From the NCBI GenBank assembly GCA_026770705.1, contig JANJGN010000003.1, positions 209,870,001-209,934,000 on the forward strand: DNA of 64,000 nucleotides. The letters run 5' to 3'. Origin of the DNA: Isurus oxyrinchus. Lineage: Eukaryota. Of this stretch, positions 50,982 to 64,000 are shown one piece after another. Under the pieces are notes generated by a model that did no database searches, was not told where the DNA came from, and was given only the letters and a program-made list of their open reading frames with translations. Position 1 is the stretch's first letter, and every line of letters starts with the position of its first letter. The translations under genes and the position numbers were made by a program.

Positions 50982-52321
50982 CTCATCCAAAGCTCACACC
51001 TTTGTCAGGACAGCATTCCCTCAGAACACCCAGTGTCAGCTAAGGTTATACACGCAAGTCTTTGGAGTGGAACCTGAGCCCACAACCTTTTGCCTCAGAG
51101 GCAAGGGAGTTATCATTGAGCCGCAACTGATTCAGGTAACATCACTCACCCAATTTAACTGCCCACCAGTTGGTTGCATTAAAAGTAGCCCTTAAGGGGG
51201 AAATTCTATCACCAGACAGCAGTGGGTTATTTGCCAGTTTTACACTGGCCTAGTTTTCCTTCAATAAAGCAGAAAATGGGATGGAGTGTGAGAACGGGTC
51301 AGGGAGTTAAATGGGATGCTAATCCCTAGTCACCTCTCTATAACCTTGGCTGGAACAATTAAAATTAGCCTCTCAACGTATTCAGATTGAAGGTTTCCTT
51401 CAAACTCTCTTAATTAAAGCTATAAAACGATTCACCATTTTGTTACACAAATCTTGAGGAAATCTTCCCTCTACGTGGTTTAAAATTAAACTATTGAATT
51501 TTCTATCTTTGCAATCTTCATTCTAAAAACAAAACAGAGCAGCGCAGAATTTCCTTCAGAACAATTTACATCCTGAAAGAACTACCACAGGAAGAACAAA
51601 AACAAGTCGATAAGGAACCTGTATCACACTCTATTAACCCTCCGACTGGAAGGGCACAAGTGCCTGAACACAAAGATTACCTTGTTGAACAGTAGTAACT
51701 TACACCCAGTTGGGCTGCAAGTAAGTCTGGTTTTCTCGGTATTGGCTGCCGCCAAGAAAACCAATCCTGAAGTGATGGACCTTAAGTATGCATCGGTCCC
51801 CTGGACAGGCTTTGGGAGCTACAAGATTTTTTGTCCATTCTCCATTCCCAATACAGCAGGTGACACAATTGCTGCTCATAATGAGAGTATGCTTCCTGGC
51901 CACCATATTGGAGGCTGTTCAGCAACCCACCCCCACCCCAAGAAATAGCCAAATATCTAAACTCACAATATTAAGTACCATTCTTCTGCACAGCACTCAG
52001 TACTGCCATACTCTTGCACTCAAATCAAAGTTGGAACCTTACACTGTGGGGAAGCATAGATTTAAGGGAAATATTCCCTCTAAGCTGCACAGCCATACAA
52101 CAACCTGGAAGTCCCTGTGCAGACTGTACACATCAGCCCCTTTAACTTGCCGTGCGTGTGCATATACACAAATTAAATTCAAAGGGACTGCACGGTCCAA
52201 AAAAATTAAAGGCACTTTGCTTATGGCTGATCTGATTAATGTTATAAGACAATAAAGGGGACAGATTGTCTTCAAATTGACAGTTCTTCTGATTAAATAG
52301 TTCAGGGAGGTGCAATTTTAA

Positions 52322-52934
52322 GGCCAGGATTTTCCCATTGGCGACCTGGGGCGGGGCGCGCTCGCTGAGAGGAAAATGACGGAACCCCTAATGTCATCCC
52401 GGTCCCTTTAAATTTTCAGGAAGGCGGGCATCTCAGCGAAATCAGCTGTTCATCCGCCAACCTGTCAATGGCCAATTGGGACCATTGACAGGCTAATTAA
52501 GATTGTTAAAGTCCTGCCCGTCCAACCTTAAGGCTGGCAGGCAGGCCAGGAGCCCCAATGGGCTCCTGATAATACATGAAACTCCATCCAATGGCGGGAT
52601 GAGGTTTCATGTCTGTTTCTAAAAAGTTTCATAAAGTTTATGTGTTTCTTCTTAACATGTTCCATCTCGTGTGACATTGTCACATGAGGGGGACATGTTA
52701 ATAATTTTAGTATTTTTCTATTTTTGGAATTTTTTTTACCTGTCAGTAATCTCCCTGAGACAGCACTTGGTCTCCCCAACCCCCAACCACCCCCCCCCCC
52801 CAACCCTGCAAAGGGTCGGGCAGGCAGCTGGGCAGGCCTTATTTGGCCCGCCCACTGAAAATGGTGGCGGGCCCCGTTTCGGTGGCGGAGTTCGGCTGCC
52901 TGCCCGCCCGCCCACCAAGGGCAAAATTCTGCCT
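52322..52934. mobile_element. Harbinger-type MITE
   Basis: TIRs ggccaggattttccc / gggcaaaattctgcct; 3-bp TSD taa; homologous to 62955-63587. Confidence 0.85.
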
Positions 52935-53294
52935 TAAGTTGCATAAGGTCATATCTAGGTTAGATGTATGGAGGTGGCTCTTTTCTCAACAAACAGTGGA
53001 CCTCTGGAAACAATTATGGCTTATGTGGTGGTACTGATTTGCTGAATTCTTTCAAACATGAACTGGGCCTGTTTCTGGATAGGGGGAGATCACCTCTAAC
53101 AATTGGTAAGCAAGGAATTGAGGACCAGTGTGCTCTCCAAGGCTAGTTATTATCACCTGCTGGGGAATGTTGCAGAGGAATTTCCTAGATTTATTTCCCC
53201 AAATTGGCCTGGGTTTTTGATGTGTTTTTACACCTCTCCCAGGAGACCACCTGTTTTGGGGTGGTGTGGAGTTTGTAGGTATTGTGACACACAA

Positions 53295-54590
53295 GGGGCT
53301 GAATTTGCCACTTCACAGTGTGTAATATGGGGCATGATGACATAGCGTGTCATTTTTGAAGTCATCACGCCAGTTTGCAACTTCATTGACTGCAGGGACT
53401 GCTCATGTGAATGAGCAGAGGAGCCTTTTGGAGATTGTTTCATCAGGAGGACTCTCCTCTGACTGAGAGGGCTTTTGTGATTAATTTTTTTCCTGTCCAT
53501 TACCCAGGGGTGTAAAGTCTCTGGGACAGATGGGCATTGTGCTATCACTGGAGACACAATCTCCAGTGAGGAGGAGAGAAGGATTAGGGGGAGGAGAAGA
53601 AGGGTGAGAGGAAGAAGGGAACACAGGGAGGCTCAGAATGTTGTGGTTTTACAGGAAGCAGACAGAAGAATGAGACCCTGAGGGTCAGAATGCACTCAGA
53701 GACCCTCGGAGGTGGCAGAGACAATCTTATGCTGCCCCATGAGTATACAGGCAGCAGTTTCATTACCTGCAACTAAGGGACTCAGCGCAGGAGAAGATTG
53801 CGGCTTTCAAGAGCCACTGCAACATCACTTTGTGAGATGCTCGCAGGGGAGATCTCATCCAAATGCATTGCAGACCACCTGATGCCTGTCACATTGAAAG
53901 TCACAGGCTCATTCTAGGCAACCTGTGGAGACCTCAGTGGGATAACACAGCCTGCTGCACACTACTGCATCTGTGAACACCATGCTGCAATGTTCCAAAG
54001 AGCTGTGAATTACATCTCCTTCACACAGGATGTCCACAGTCAAATGGATATAGCCTATGCTAATGCGTCATAAGGTGATCCTGCCAACCACCTACAGTAT
54101 AACTAGATCAATTGCTTGAAATGCACAATGGAAGCTGTCCTAGACCATATGTCCTTGTGAAACCATGCTAGCTCTGATGAGCAAGCAAACCTCAATTACC
54201 TCCTGCATTTGCTGGCAAGACCTGTAGCACACTGGGCCAAGATAGCTCATACTGATGCCTTACCCACCCTGGCTGACCTCATGTCGTCATTGAGCCTTTT
54301 GTGGCACTGGGACCAAGTCCTTCATACCCCACCCACACTGCTGACCACTTCAGCCACCAGCTCCTACACTGCATGACTCTGGCTGGGCTTTCTACTCTTG
54401 CCAATGGTTGGCACGAGCTGGTCATGTCAATCATACACTGCATGCAGGAGGGCACCAAAAGCGGCTTCACTGAATCTGAGAGCTGGTTTGGCCCCTCTAG
54501 AACGCTTCTCCCCTCGCTCTGGTGATGTGGACATCTATGTAATACAAATGGACAACTCCTTAATATGGTATTTATTCCCCCCTAAAATTA
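53295..54590 (+). mobile_element. PIF/Harbinger fossil with transposase remnant (+, about 53719-54022) and Myb/SANT-like remnant (-, about 54267-54497)
   Basis: +: RRLRLSRATATSLCEMLAGEISSKCIADHLMPVTLKVT-GSF*ATCGDLSGITQPAAHYCI...MFQRAVNYISF; -: PALRFSEAAFGALLHAV...ELVAEVVSSVGGV*RTWSQCHKRLNDDMRSAR; left end ggggctgaatttgcc; right end approximate. Confidence 0.8.
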
Positions 54591-55124
54591 GAGTTTGTTA
54601 GAAAACTAATCTCTAGAAAAAAATTTCTGTCCTACAATCAAGCTTTCATAATTTTTTTTTACTTCTCGTGATGAATGAACTTATAAAATGCTCATTGTCA
54701 GCACAGTTGGAACATCAAACATCACCATTATACATCCTTGCCCTGCCGGATTTCAGATGAAAGAGTTTACAAAGTGCTCCACACTGTGCATTAGAATGAA
54801 ATGCTAAATCAGGTCACAGCTCCCACATTCCAGATACCTCATTTTAATTCTACAATTATAAAAGGAAACAATGAGAGAATATAGGTCACTCTTTAATCAA
54901 AAACTTCAGAAAAAATTATACCACAACTAGGTGACTAATTGAAATGGGATTCTGTGCTCAATTTTTTGGAAAGCATTTCTTGAATAGAACAAAGAATAAC
55001 AACTTAATATCAAACAATGCTTTTTTTGGATTCAATTCCATTTATTTGTTAATGAAATTGTAATTTGCTGGCATTTTGTAGATTAGAACTATATAGATGT
55101 CCAAGTTCACTTTTTACTCTAATA

Positions 55125-55490
55125 AAAAGACCTATATTTACATAGTGCTTTTCATGACCACCAGATAACTCAAAGTGCCTTACAGCCAATGGAATATGAT
55201 ATGTTGTATTGTTGTAATGTAGGAAATGCAGCAGCCAATTTGCACACAGCAAACCCTGAAAAGCAGCAACATTATAACAACCAGACAATCGTTTTTTGTG
55301 ATGTTGATTGTGGGATAAATATTGACCAGGACACTGAGGATAACTTGCCTGCTCTCCAAAATAATGCCTTGGGTTCCTTTATCTCCACTCAAGTAGGGAG
55401 ATGGAACCTCACTTGAACATCTCATCAGAAAGATGGCACCTCTAACAGTACAGCACTCCCTCAATATTGCACTGGAGTGACAGCCTTAAT
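55125..55490 (-). mobile_element. Deu-type SINE copy
   Basis: Homology to the other copies. Confidence 0.75.
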
Positions 55491-56049
55491 CTTTTATATA
55501 TGCAAAATACTAGCTGACCTCCTGTTGCATTACAAACATGAATCAAGGCTAACTATGAAATTAAAACCTTGTATTTATAAAGCACCTTTCATGATGTCAG
55601 GACAGCCTAAAGCATCTTACAACCAATGGAAATGAGTGAAGGCCTTAAAAATAAATAGGTTCCTATGCAATTTGTAGGGTCCCAAAACACAACTGAACAT
55701 TAAATGCCTGAACCAATGGCTTTTAAAGAGAATGATGCAGGGAGTCCAGAAAACACCAACAAAAACCCATGGCATGGATTTTTGTGAGGTCAGGTGAAGA
55801 GCGAACACTGGAAGCCTGCTATTCAAATTAAAGTGAAAAGTAACCATGAATATGATTCAGGATTCCTGCAGGTGACATTGGGCAGGGATTGGGCAAACCT
55901 GCAAACTGAAAGAGAAATGAACTAGCAATCTTATGCTATTCAAGGTTGGAAGAAGCCATTAACATAAAAGGCACTAGTATGAATTTATTCAGCAGGAGAT
56001 TTGAATTTCAAGCAGACTTTAACTTTTGTTTGAAAGATTTGGATTTTGA

Positions 56050-56290
56050 AAGAACTTGCATTTATTTGGCTCATTACACAACCTAAGGATGCACAAAGTA
56101 TTTTTCGACCAGTTAAGAGCTTTACAAATGCAGTCGCTGTTGTAATGTCAGAAGCGTGGCGGCCAACTTACGCACAGCAGGATCTCACAAACAGAAAATA
56201 GATAAAGACTAGATAATTGGCTTAGTGATATTTATTGAAGAATAAATATTGGCCAGAACACGAGGGAAATCTCTGCTGTTCTTCGTCAAG
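56050..56290 (-). mobile_element. Deu-type SINE 3' fragment
   Basis: Homology to the other copies. Confidence 0.65.
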
Positions 56291-56544
56291 TTATCTTTAG
56301 ATTAAACAGTCTGAAGTGTGATGTTACATCAAACTTGCAGAGATTGGGGGAAGGGGGAAATAGGTCTGACTGGATTGCCCTACAGAGAGTTGGCATGGAC
56401 TAGGATGGGTCAAATGGCCTACTTCAGCGTCACAATGACTCTTAAGTAATCCTTTATTGTCCCTTCTCACTATCCAAGAGTATCTCTGGAGAAACATCCT
56501 TATTGAATAGGGAAAATAATAATAAAAAAGTTCATTCCCCTTAC

Positions 56545-56673
56545 CAGTCGTGTAACTCGCCTGGCTTCCCAGTAAGGCTTGGAATCATCTACAGCTTTTC
56601 CCACCTTCTTACTGGCTTCATCGAGCTTCACAGTAGCTTCAACTAAAACAGTTCGAAACTTCTGCCGAGCTTC
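56545..56673 (-). CDS. SH3BP5: SH3BP5 coding exon (EARQKFRTVLVEATVKLDEASKKVGKAVDDSKPYWEARRVTRL)
   Basis: ttgcag acceptor, gtaagg donor, 129 nt; ORF 56500..56691; the upstream exons were not found in the window. Confidence 0.96.
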
Positions 56674-57574
56674 CTGCAAGACAAATAACAAAACTAGTCA
56701 AGCACAAAAATACCCAGCAGCAGCAAACAGTTTTAATACTTAAAAAGAGAGGTACAAGCTTCAGTCTGCAGTAAACAATGAAAAATAACATGAGACAAGA
56801 ATAGGGCAGTCTTAATCCCTACTTCAATTTACATCAGGAGTACAGCTCCCACCCCCATTTACAGCGGGCGCATCGGTGTTAACACTATCTTTCCACCATA
56901 TAGGATGGTTGCTAAAACCAAAAAGATAATCACCAACAGGTTTGTTAAAATCAGGTAATCTTTACTTAGTAACTGCCTCTCCTACTGGTTAACAGTTGCA
57001 TCCAGAATCTCATCAGTAAGGTAACCAGATGCAAAAAGCTGTTTGAAAGTACTGAAGGATCCTGATTTCACCCAAAATCAGCACAGGCATTAAAATCAGT
57101 AAGAACTTATATATGAGGCAAGAACTTACTGAACTGCCCAAAATAGTCAGCATTGCATAACACACTACATTTGGCACCTTTGTTTACCTCCTATGGTGAT
57201 GGAAAGCTGTAATTTGCCTGATATAGGTGGCTGCTTGTAATAAGTGAGGAGAAATATGAAGTGGTGGAGAATATAGTTCACTATAATTCATCCTGACATC
57301 TCTCTACAAATTACAAATACTGTCAATAAAAGGAACAGCCTCATTGTGTAACACATTGGAGTTTATCCATCTCTTATCCAAGGTTATTGACTAAGGAAGA
57401 TATTGACGAAAGTTAACCATCAAAATTCATGTCAATTCATGTTATTGGTTTCGCTAGAGTTGTCAGAGTGTAGAACTCCCTGCCACAAATTGTTGGACAG
57501 TTGATGTTGGACAACTGCTTGAAACAGGGGAAGATGGAAGGAGCGATAGAAAAATGAAGGAATGATACTGATAG

Positions 57575-57992
57575 AAAAGGACTTGCATTTTTATAGTAGC
57601 AGTCATAACTCAAAGATGTTCCAAGCATTTTTTGTGTAGTAACTGTAGTAATGGGAGAAACACAGCAGCCAATTGGCACATAACAAAATTCCACAAACAG
57701 CAGTGAGGTAATGACCAGATAAGATGTTTTTGTGATGTTGGCCAATAAAAATTGGCCAGAACACTGGGGAAAGCTCCTCTACTTCAAAAGGGGTCCAAAA
57801 GATCTTTTATGTCCACCTGAGAGGACAGATGGGACCCCAGTTTAACGTCACGGTGCCTCTTTCAGTGCAGCATGCCCTCAGTGCTGCACTGAAGTACCAG
57901 CCTGGATTGTGTGCTCAGGTCTCTGGAATGGCCTTAAACACATAACCTTCTGATTCAGAGACAAGAATGCTACCAACCGAGTCAAGGCTGAC
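57575..57992 (-). mobile_element. Deu-type SINE, near full length
   Basis: Minus-strand head tgtcagccttgactcggttggtagcattcttgtctctgaatcagaagg; full body and tail. Confidence 0.8.
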
Positions 57993-59944
57993 AATTAAAA
58001 AGAGCACAGAAATAGGTGAGAACAGAAAGGGAGAGAGAACCAAATGAGAACAGCAGACAGAGAGAAAAACTACAACACAGATACAGAGAACTAAAGTGCT
58101 TTCCAAATTCTGAATTCCATCTTTCCATCTAATATTTAAGTACCGACAGAAAATCAGCCTAACTTCAAAATTTTCCGTGAGAATTGAATTATATTCGTTG
58201 CTATGTGTGACCAGTGAAGTAAGTGTTCAACTGAGAACAATCCTTTGACAAATACAATGATGTTCATTGATGAATTATTGTATTCACAGCAATATGCAAA
58301 ACACCCAGCTGTGAAGGAATTCATCAACGAACACCACTGTCATCAGACATCTAACTCCCAGAGATCTCCAATGCCGAGTGAGGCCAGCCGATTGGCCATT
58401 TAGTTATAGGAACAAGATGAACAACCAAAAGTAGACACAATGCCTCAGTATTCATATCTCAATAGAATATGTTTCCTGAGAACAAAGATTCAAATGATTA
58501 AATTAATGTTCTTGTTAGAATAGCACACAAAGGTTGGATCCACTCAAAAATGAGCTACAAGCATAGCCCTACAGGCAATGTGAACAGGGCCTCTGCTTTA
58601 AGGTGATTCACTAAACTGAATTACGTTTTATTCCAAGACATTTACTGGTATTATAAAGGTTCACACTCTGCCAGTTTATAAAATAGGGTCACTGGTGCAC
58701 AATTCCTGCATCACCAGATCAAGGTATTACAGGATGTGCAGCATTGTTTTGTCGATTGTCCTATAATGCTAATAGTTCCATGAAAAGCACAAATCACAGC
58801 CTTGAATTTCAGTGAATGATTGGTCAATTTATGGATCAACCATCCTAGCAAACCAGCAGGAACAGTTGTGTTGATGCATTCAAATGCAATTTAAATACAT
58901 TTCATTCAGAAAAGAAAATTTTGAGATACAGTATTGGGGACATGACATGTGGGAATGGTCATATGATTGGGAGGAACAAACGTGTTTGAACCTTTAGTTC
59001 AAAGAATTCTCCACCACCGTGGTTTTTCCTTTTTCCTGTCTGGGTCTGTTATAAACTAATTGATTGAATACCATGATGCAACAACTCCATTATCATTGTA
59101 CTTAATCCTGGAACTCCCTTCCTAACATCACTGTGGGTGAACCTACATCGCATGGACTGCAGCAGTTTAAGGTGTGGCAATTAGGGATGGTCAATAAATG
59201 CTGGCCCAGCCAGCAACACCTAAATCCCATGAACAAACACATTTTAATCAGTTGTGTACTGGATGGTAGAAGATAAACTAGATGGAATTTGGGATTTGTT
59301 TTGTTTAATAATTGCTATTTTCCTGATACAATTCACAAGAATGTCAAGTGACAATGGAAATCAGTTCTCAAAAGGGATCAGCCACTTGCCAGCATAAAGG
59401 CAGTAACCTGCTTTAAAATCTTAAAATTTGGAAATGGAATGGCCTTGGAACCTGGATAGCAGAATGAAACTCAATTCTGCAAATTCACCTTTATAGATTT
59501 CACTTGCTGAGTCAGATGACAATACCTGATCCCAGTCTAAGCAACAGGGTGTACTGTACGCCCAATATTGGAAATTGTACAAATACTCAAGAGCCAAAAA
59601 GAAAGGGAAGTAACAAGGCACAACAAATTCTAGCCATTTAAGTAAATCCAAACACCAGGGGCCTAACCTCCGATACGCTAATGATAAAATTGTGTTGCAC
59701 TGCTATGATTGTGATAATTGAACATGCAGCTTTAAGACACAAGCATATCCAATGCCCAAAAGCAAGCATAAAATTCCACACAAGACTGCCAAAAGACATT
59801 TACTGAAGCTAGAGTGCATGTGCTGGTCACCTCTTATTAAATTTTTACCCACTAGATTTAGCATCAGCGGCTGAATGGTAATTCCTGTAAGCAGACTCAA
59901 TATCTCTGTATTTGCCCAGCATTGAAGTAAATATTTAATAACAT

Positions 59945-60299
59945 CATGCATTTATATAGTACCTCTGGCACTAGTAAACATCCCAAGGCGCTTTCCGGGA
60001 GGGTTATCAAAATTTGACACCGAGCTGCATAAGGAGGTATTACATCTCATGGCCAAGTGTTTGATCAAAGAGGTAGACTTTCAGGAGCATTTTGAAGAAG
60101 AAGAGAGAGATTAAGAAGGGAGAGATTTCAGGAGAGAATTCCAGAGCTTAAGGCCTAGACAGATGAAGGCATGGAGCAATGAAAATTGGGATGTTCAAGT
60201 GGCCAGAATTGGAGGAATGTAGAGATCGGGGGGTTGCGGAGATGCAGGAGGTTATGGACATAAGGAGGGTTGAGGCTGGTTGGGGGGGGGTGGGGGGGT

Positions 60300-60331
<32 letters not shown>

Positions 60332-60560
60332 CCTGGAATCAGAAAGCTAGGATAAGAATTTTAGAATTGAGTCATTGCCAGATCAGAACTAACGTAATTC
60401 AGCAAATGTAGAGGCGACACATGAATGGGACAATGCGAATTAGGATGAAGCCAGCAGAAATTTGAACAGCTCAGGCTTATACAGGGTGCAAGGTGGGAGG
60501 ATAGCCAGGACAGCATCGGAATAATCAAGTCTGGAGGTAACGAATCCAGGGGTGGAATAA
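59945..60560 (-). mobile_element. L2-clade LINE 3' fragment
   Basis: ORF 60440..60655 GFVTSRLDYSDAVLAILPPCTLYK. Confidence 0.8.
60282..60330 (+). repeat. Poly-G tract (G9-T-G7-T-G31)
   Basis: Directly visible. Confidence 0.9.
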
Positions 60561-61273
60561 AGTACCATACCCCATTGTATTGCAGTTGACTGGAATATAT
60601 CACATGCTGCTTCAAATACCTCTGTAGATACAGACATCCACCTACTTAAAGGCAAACTATCAAACCGAGGTACAAACTATAAACCAACGTCAAATTATTT
60701 AACCTTGTACAGCTAAATAAACAGGTTAAAGAACAGCATTCTGTACAAACTAGATGGAAAACTTTACCATTCTCCTTCAAATATTAAAATAACAAAGATG
60801 TTTTTCCTGTGGGCCCTCTCAAGATTACAGTGATTTTTGAAACGGTCGGTCACTTCTTACAAAGCACATCAATACCATGGAGCCAGATTTAGTTTGATGT
60901 TTGCCAAGATTTCTCTTAAGTGCATCAATCACCTCAACTACCCCACATGGCCTTGGAACCCGTGAGCGTACAGCTCCACATTCTAACCACTCCAGAGAAA
61001 CTGCTGATTAAACTCCAATGCCCGAGTTCAGTAAATAATAAAACACTCTCAGATTCAAGAACAACTATTCAGTAACTTTGCTTATTTTTGATTACAGAAG
61101 GAGCTGCTGACTTTTAATTTATAAAAGATTAGAACACTTTCAAGGTTGAAAATTACAATAGGTGTTGTATATATTGCATAGATTTACAACACAGAAGCAA
61201 ATGTCCTAACTGGTCTATGCCAGTGTTTGTGCTCCCCATTCTCCCACCCTACTTCATCTATTCCTATCAGCAT

Positions 61274-61561
61274 CCTGCTCCTTCAAATACCATGCCTTAA
61301 GAGAGCGTTGACGACCATGGGCTTCCATGGGATGGGTGCATGATTATGCTTGGTAAAATACTGCAGCAGTTTGCTGTTGACTTCTGCGGTATGACTGACC
61401 AGGAAACTCTCCCGCTCTTACCGCCTGCCATCAGGCGTATTGGAAGGATTTACAGGCTGTTTGGTTATGCTATGAACGCACCTTCCATGAAGTCCTGAAG
61501 TGGGACTTGAACCTGGAGCTTTTGGCCCTACCACTACCATTGTGCCACAAGTTCTCTACAG
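61274..61561 (-). mobile_element. tRNA-derived SINE (third family) inserted in a LINE 3' fragment
   Basis: Flanking direct repeat cctatcagcat (61263-61273 and 61562-61572); homologous to 45690-45890. Confidence 0.7.
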
Positions 61562-62919
61562 CCTATCAGCATAGCTTTTTATTACTCTCCCTCATTAACA
61601 TATCTAGCTTCCATTTAATGCATCAATGTTATATATCTCAACTACTCAACATGGTAGCAAGTATTACATTCTAAATTTGTGGGTGCAGAGGTTCCTCCCA
61701 AATTATCTTTTTGATTAACTGGTGACTGGCTTGTATTCATAGTCCTTAATTTTTGATTCCACCACAAGCAAAAACATTTCTCCTATGTCAACCCTATAAA
61801 ACTTCTTCATAATTTTAAAGATCTCTATTAGGTCAGCTCATTCTTCCATGTTCTAAAAACAAAATGCCCCAGTCTGTTCAGTCTTTCACGATATTTACAA
61901 TCTCTCAGTTCTGGTATTATTCTCGTAACTAGTCCACGTGCACATTATCAGACCACAAACCAACAGCAAAGTTACCAATTGAACAGGTAAACAAGCAGCA
62001 TTCAATATAAACTGGATATTAATGGTAATATACCAACAGTAATAAACCACTATTCTCCTTGAAATATTAAAACAGCAAAGGCACTTTTCCTGTGTGATCT
62101 CCAGCTAATGTTGAACATCTGTCATACGGTCATTCAGTACTTAAACATCGCAATGATGTCATGAAGCCAGATTTAGCCCAGTCTCCCGGCTGCCTCTTAA
62201 TTTATTAACAAGCTGAGTCTTAACAGCAACATACAAGCCAACTATCAGAAACTGCTGGCCACAGAGCAGTCCATCAAAGGGATGATGAAAATTTATTGGC
62301 CTTGCTCCATCACAGATTGGCCCATATAGATGTCAAGCTTCACACATTGAAATAATTAAGATTGCCTCTCTAAAACATTCTTGAACCTCTGGAGGTTAAG
62401 GAATGCCTTTACTTGCACTCCTAAGGATGCCAGGAATCTAATTTGTCTCTCCAACCAATGAACTAAACTATCTCAGTCAATTTGGATAGTTGCAAAACAA
62501 AAACAGAATTACCTGGAAAAACTCAGCAGGTCAAATTTGTCTTGCTGGAGCAGGGACTCTCACTTTGTTTTGCTTTCACAAAGCCAAGTGTAAATGCTGT
62601 GTAGCATCACACCTAGTTTTCAAACACAGAGCAAGCCCAGCAAATCCCCAAATGCATGTATAATATGTTGAAAAACTGTTCAAAACAGTAATGGGCTCTC
62701 AAAAATGATCATAAAACTGTAGATGGTTGTTGAAGATATTGAAGAAAATTTAAAAATTTTTTTTCAAAAAAGGACTACATCTAATATCATTAAAGTTAAA
62801 TTTATGCTAATTTCATAACTGACTTGATGTTCCGAAAAGTACAATCTAAAATCCATATTGTGTCTTGCATTGCAAATTTTAAAAGAATGTGTACCATGGC
62901 CACTTCCTGTTAAACTCAA

Positions 62920-64000
62920 TGTAATTAAAGTATAATCATTTTCATATTTTTCTGGGGCAGAATTTTGCCATCGGTGAGCAGGGGGTGGGGCCGGGCAGAA
63001 CCCCCAACGTCATGCCACCCCATTTAAATTTTCAGGAAGGCGGGGGCGCAGCAAAATCAGCTGTGTGCCCGCCAACCTGTCAATGGCCAATTGAGGCCAT
63101 TGACAGGATCATTTAAACAATTAAAGGACCTGCCCGTCCAACTTTAAGGTTAGTGGGCAGGCCAGGAGGCCCAGCGGGCAATAGAATAAACATGAAACCT
63201 CACCCAACGGCAGGATGAGGTTTCATGCAGTGTTTATAAAAGTTTAATAAAGTTATAGTGTAAATTATGAACACGTCCCATCTCATGAATTTTTTTTTCT
63301 AATTTTTAATCTATTTCAAAGTGGAAGCGATCTCCTGAGGCAGCACTTTGCCTCAGGGAGATGTGCGCACTTTCGTGCGCATACACGAAAGAGCACACTC
63401 TTGCTTTTAGGGAAACCCCCCCCTCACCCGCACAGGAAGCGCATAGCGCTTCCCGCCGGACGTCACGCTGGGCGGGCCAATTAAAATGTAAAATGGCAGC
63501 GCGGCCTGCTTCTCTGGCGGGGATCAGCTCCTCACCCGCCAGAGATTGGGTCGGGCCTGCCCACCCAACAAGCAGAAAATTCTGCCCCTGGTTTATTATG
63601 AAGTAGGTTTAATTGGGTCTGTGTGAGATTTAATCATTTGTAGTCAAGTAGACTGCAAGCTTTAAATCATCAAAAAAAAGCTAGTGCTTGACATGCTAAT
63701 GAATAAACATTGTTCCTGGTTTAGCATGTAAGGTGTGAAGGGAATTTGCATTTTAAGATAAATGAAGGGACATTTGGATTTCAAAAGGATCTTAGTTTGC
63801 TTACATTTAGCCAGATAAGCAAGGCTAAGGAATATGTTTATTTTTCCCAAAGGTTACTGACAATATATAGTGGGAACAATGAAAGTTTTTATATTACGAG
63901 GAAGACACAGTTTCAAACACATATGGAACAATAGAATTTACATAATAAAAAGAGAGAGAAACATATATAAAGGAGAAGGAAATGTTGTGTCAGAAAGCCA
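62920..64000 (+). mobile_element. LTR (family A), interrupted by a MITE and running off the window end
   Basis: 63591-64000 aligns by eye with 24580-24900 (atgctaatgaataaacat, taaggtgtgaagggaatttgcatttt); start approximate. Confidence 0.75.
62955..63587. mobile_element. Harbinger-type MITE nested in an LTR
   Basis: TIRs gggcagaatttt / aaaattctgccc; 3-bp TSD ctg at 62952-62954 and 63588-63590. Confidence 0.9.

Noticed and set aside
51788-52255. 155-aa ORF and overlapping ORFs
   Set aside because: No recognisable domain; appears to overlap degraded LINE-like sequence in an intron
52528-52944. GC-rich ORFs and CpG-island-like signal suggesting a promoter or gene
   Set aside because: Almost entirely within a TIR/TSD-bounded MITE that has a second copy in the window
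9400-57992. tRNA-like A/B boxes at several positions
   Set aside because: They are SINE heads; no complete cloverleaf was seen
56674-64000. Search for the SH3BP5 exon encoding GELEKLNQSTDDIN...
   Set aside because: No matching sequence was found by eye; it probably lies beyond the window

Overview
This is eukaryotic (vertebrate) genomic DNA. The repeat content (CR1/L2 LINEs, Deu-type tRNA-SINEs, Penelope and Harbinger relics) points to a cartilaginous fish such as a shark; that taxon call is an inference. The window holds two convergent spliced genes. On + are the last six coding exons of calpain-7 (CAPN7), with the stop at 17017. On - are seven coding exons of SH3BP5/Sab, equivalent to human exons 3-9, with the stop at 22507; the first exons were not found in the window. 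All exons were read by hand, have GT-AG boundaries and join in frame. The rest is introns and 3' regions dense with nested transposon relics. These include a fairly intact CR1 ORF2 with TSD, six solo LTRs (two forming an inverted pair in one SH3BP5 intron), two bipartite Harbinger fossils (transposase plus Myb-like gene) with related MITEs, and Penelope-like termini carrying minimal hammerhead-ribozyme motifs. I found no CRISPR, rRNA or tRNA gene, and no convincing wholly new biological system. Comparisons to human proteins and TE families are from memory, not from database searches.
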